Position numbers and translations under genes: made by a program. Below the pieces are notes generated by a model. It searched no databases, was not told where the DNA came from, and saw only the letters and a program-made list of their open reading frames with translations. Positions 23,784 through 24,000 of a DNA stretch of 24,000 nucleotides are shown in pieces (position 1 is the stretch's first letter; each line of letters opens with the position of its first letter). This DNA is from Candidatus Wolframiiraptor allenii (GTDB lineage Archaea > Thermoproteota > Nitrososphaeria_A > Caldarchaeales > Wolframiiraptoraceae): NCBI GenBank assembly GCA_023539495.1, contig JAKCEV010000012.1, positions 1 to 24,000 on the forward strand, given 5' to 3'.

Positions 23784-24000
23784 TCACCTCTCGCCCAGCC
23801 TGCTGAGGATCAGCCTCTCAACCTCCTCTATCCCGCGGCTCACATAGGCGTCATAGATCGCGACCGCGAGCTCCGCCTCATCCTCATGGAACCCCTTGGA
23901 GACGAGATAATCCCTGATAATCGCCCTCACATCTATCGCTGGGATCTCCTCGGCCTCCCCAGCCTCCTCAAGCTCCTCCAAAACCTCATACCTATAGTGG
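23784..24000 (-). CDS. mre11: 3' end of a gene running off the window, probably the Mre11 C-terminus
   Basis: The reading frame stays open upstream of the listed TTG to the window edge (HYRYEVLEELEE...). An acidic helical tail ends 9 nt before the rad50 start. In archaea mre11 usually sits immediately upstream of rad50. The nuclease motifs lie outside the window, so this call rests on context only. Confidence 0.45.
   Translation of the reverse strand, partial: HYRYEVLEELEEAGEAEEIPAIDVRAIIRDYLVSKGFHEDEAELAVAIYDAYVSRGIEEVERLILSRLGER

Noticed and set aside
21466-23847. Several long plus-strand ORFs antisense to rad50 (for example 22696-23568 at 290 aa, 22063-22605 at 180 aa, 21777-22343 at 188 aa).
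   Set aside because: Their translations are low-complexity Ser/Leu/Pro-rich strings. This is the mirror image expected of a GAG/CTC/AGG-rich coiled-coil gene. The minus strand carries all the Rad50 motifs, so these are shadow ORFs.
1-24000. Scanned for CRISPR repeats, tRNA or rRNA genes, transposase or integrase genes and long direct or inverted repeats.
   Set aside because: Reading both strands by eye revealed none. A tRNAscan, Infernal and repeat-finder run would be needed to exclude small RNAs formally.

Overview
This window looks like chromosomal DNA from a hyperthermophilic archaeon. It carries a full-length reverse gyrase, archaeal-only ribosomal proteins L21e and L10e, Rpo4/RpoF, the KEOPS subunit Cgi121, pilins with class III signal peptides, and Mre11-Rad50. 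Genes are tightly packed, with many 4-nt start/stop overlaps and TATA-like boxes about 25-30 nt upstream of start codons.

The main feature is a compact eukaryote-type ubiquitylation cassette at about 1641-5122. On the minus strand it encodes a ubiquitin-like protein ending exactly in GG, then a UBC-fold E2, an E1 with a C-terminal beta-grasp domain, a small RING finger and a small coiled-coil protein. A JAMM/Rpn11-like isopeptidase is transcribed divergently from a shared AT-rich promoter. This architecture is known from Candidatus Caldiarchaeum subterraneum and some Asgard archaea. Several details here deserve attention: no propeptide on the ubiquitin, C4HC3 ligand order in the RING, and an extra coiled-coil gene.

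The middle of the window is a conserved information-processing block: L21e-Rpo4-COG1491-KsgA-L10e-RNase HI. It is followed by a MoaD/SAMP-type GG protein coupled to Cgi121, then reverse gyrase and a HAD hydrolase.

The right half is accessory-looking. It holds two convergent paralogous pilin-like genes, then an uncharacterised cluster at 15863-20336. That cluster contains two paralogous small proteins, each overlapping a downstream partner (a two-domain KaiC-like ATPase with a degenerate second domain, and a tandem HTH regulator). The two pairs flank an orphan radical SAM enzyme. This cluster is my best candidate for an undescribed regulatory or signalling system.

No rRNA, tRNA, CRISPR array or obvious transposase was recognised. 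All calls rest on reading the supplied translations and the sequence by eye. No searches or computations were run.
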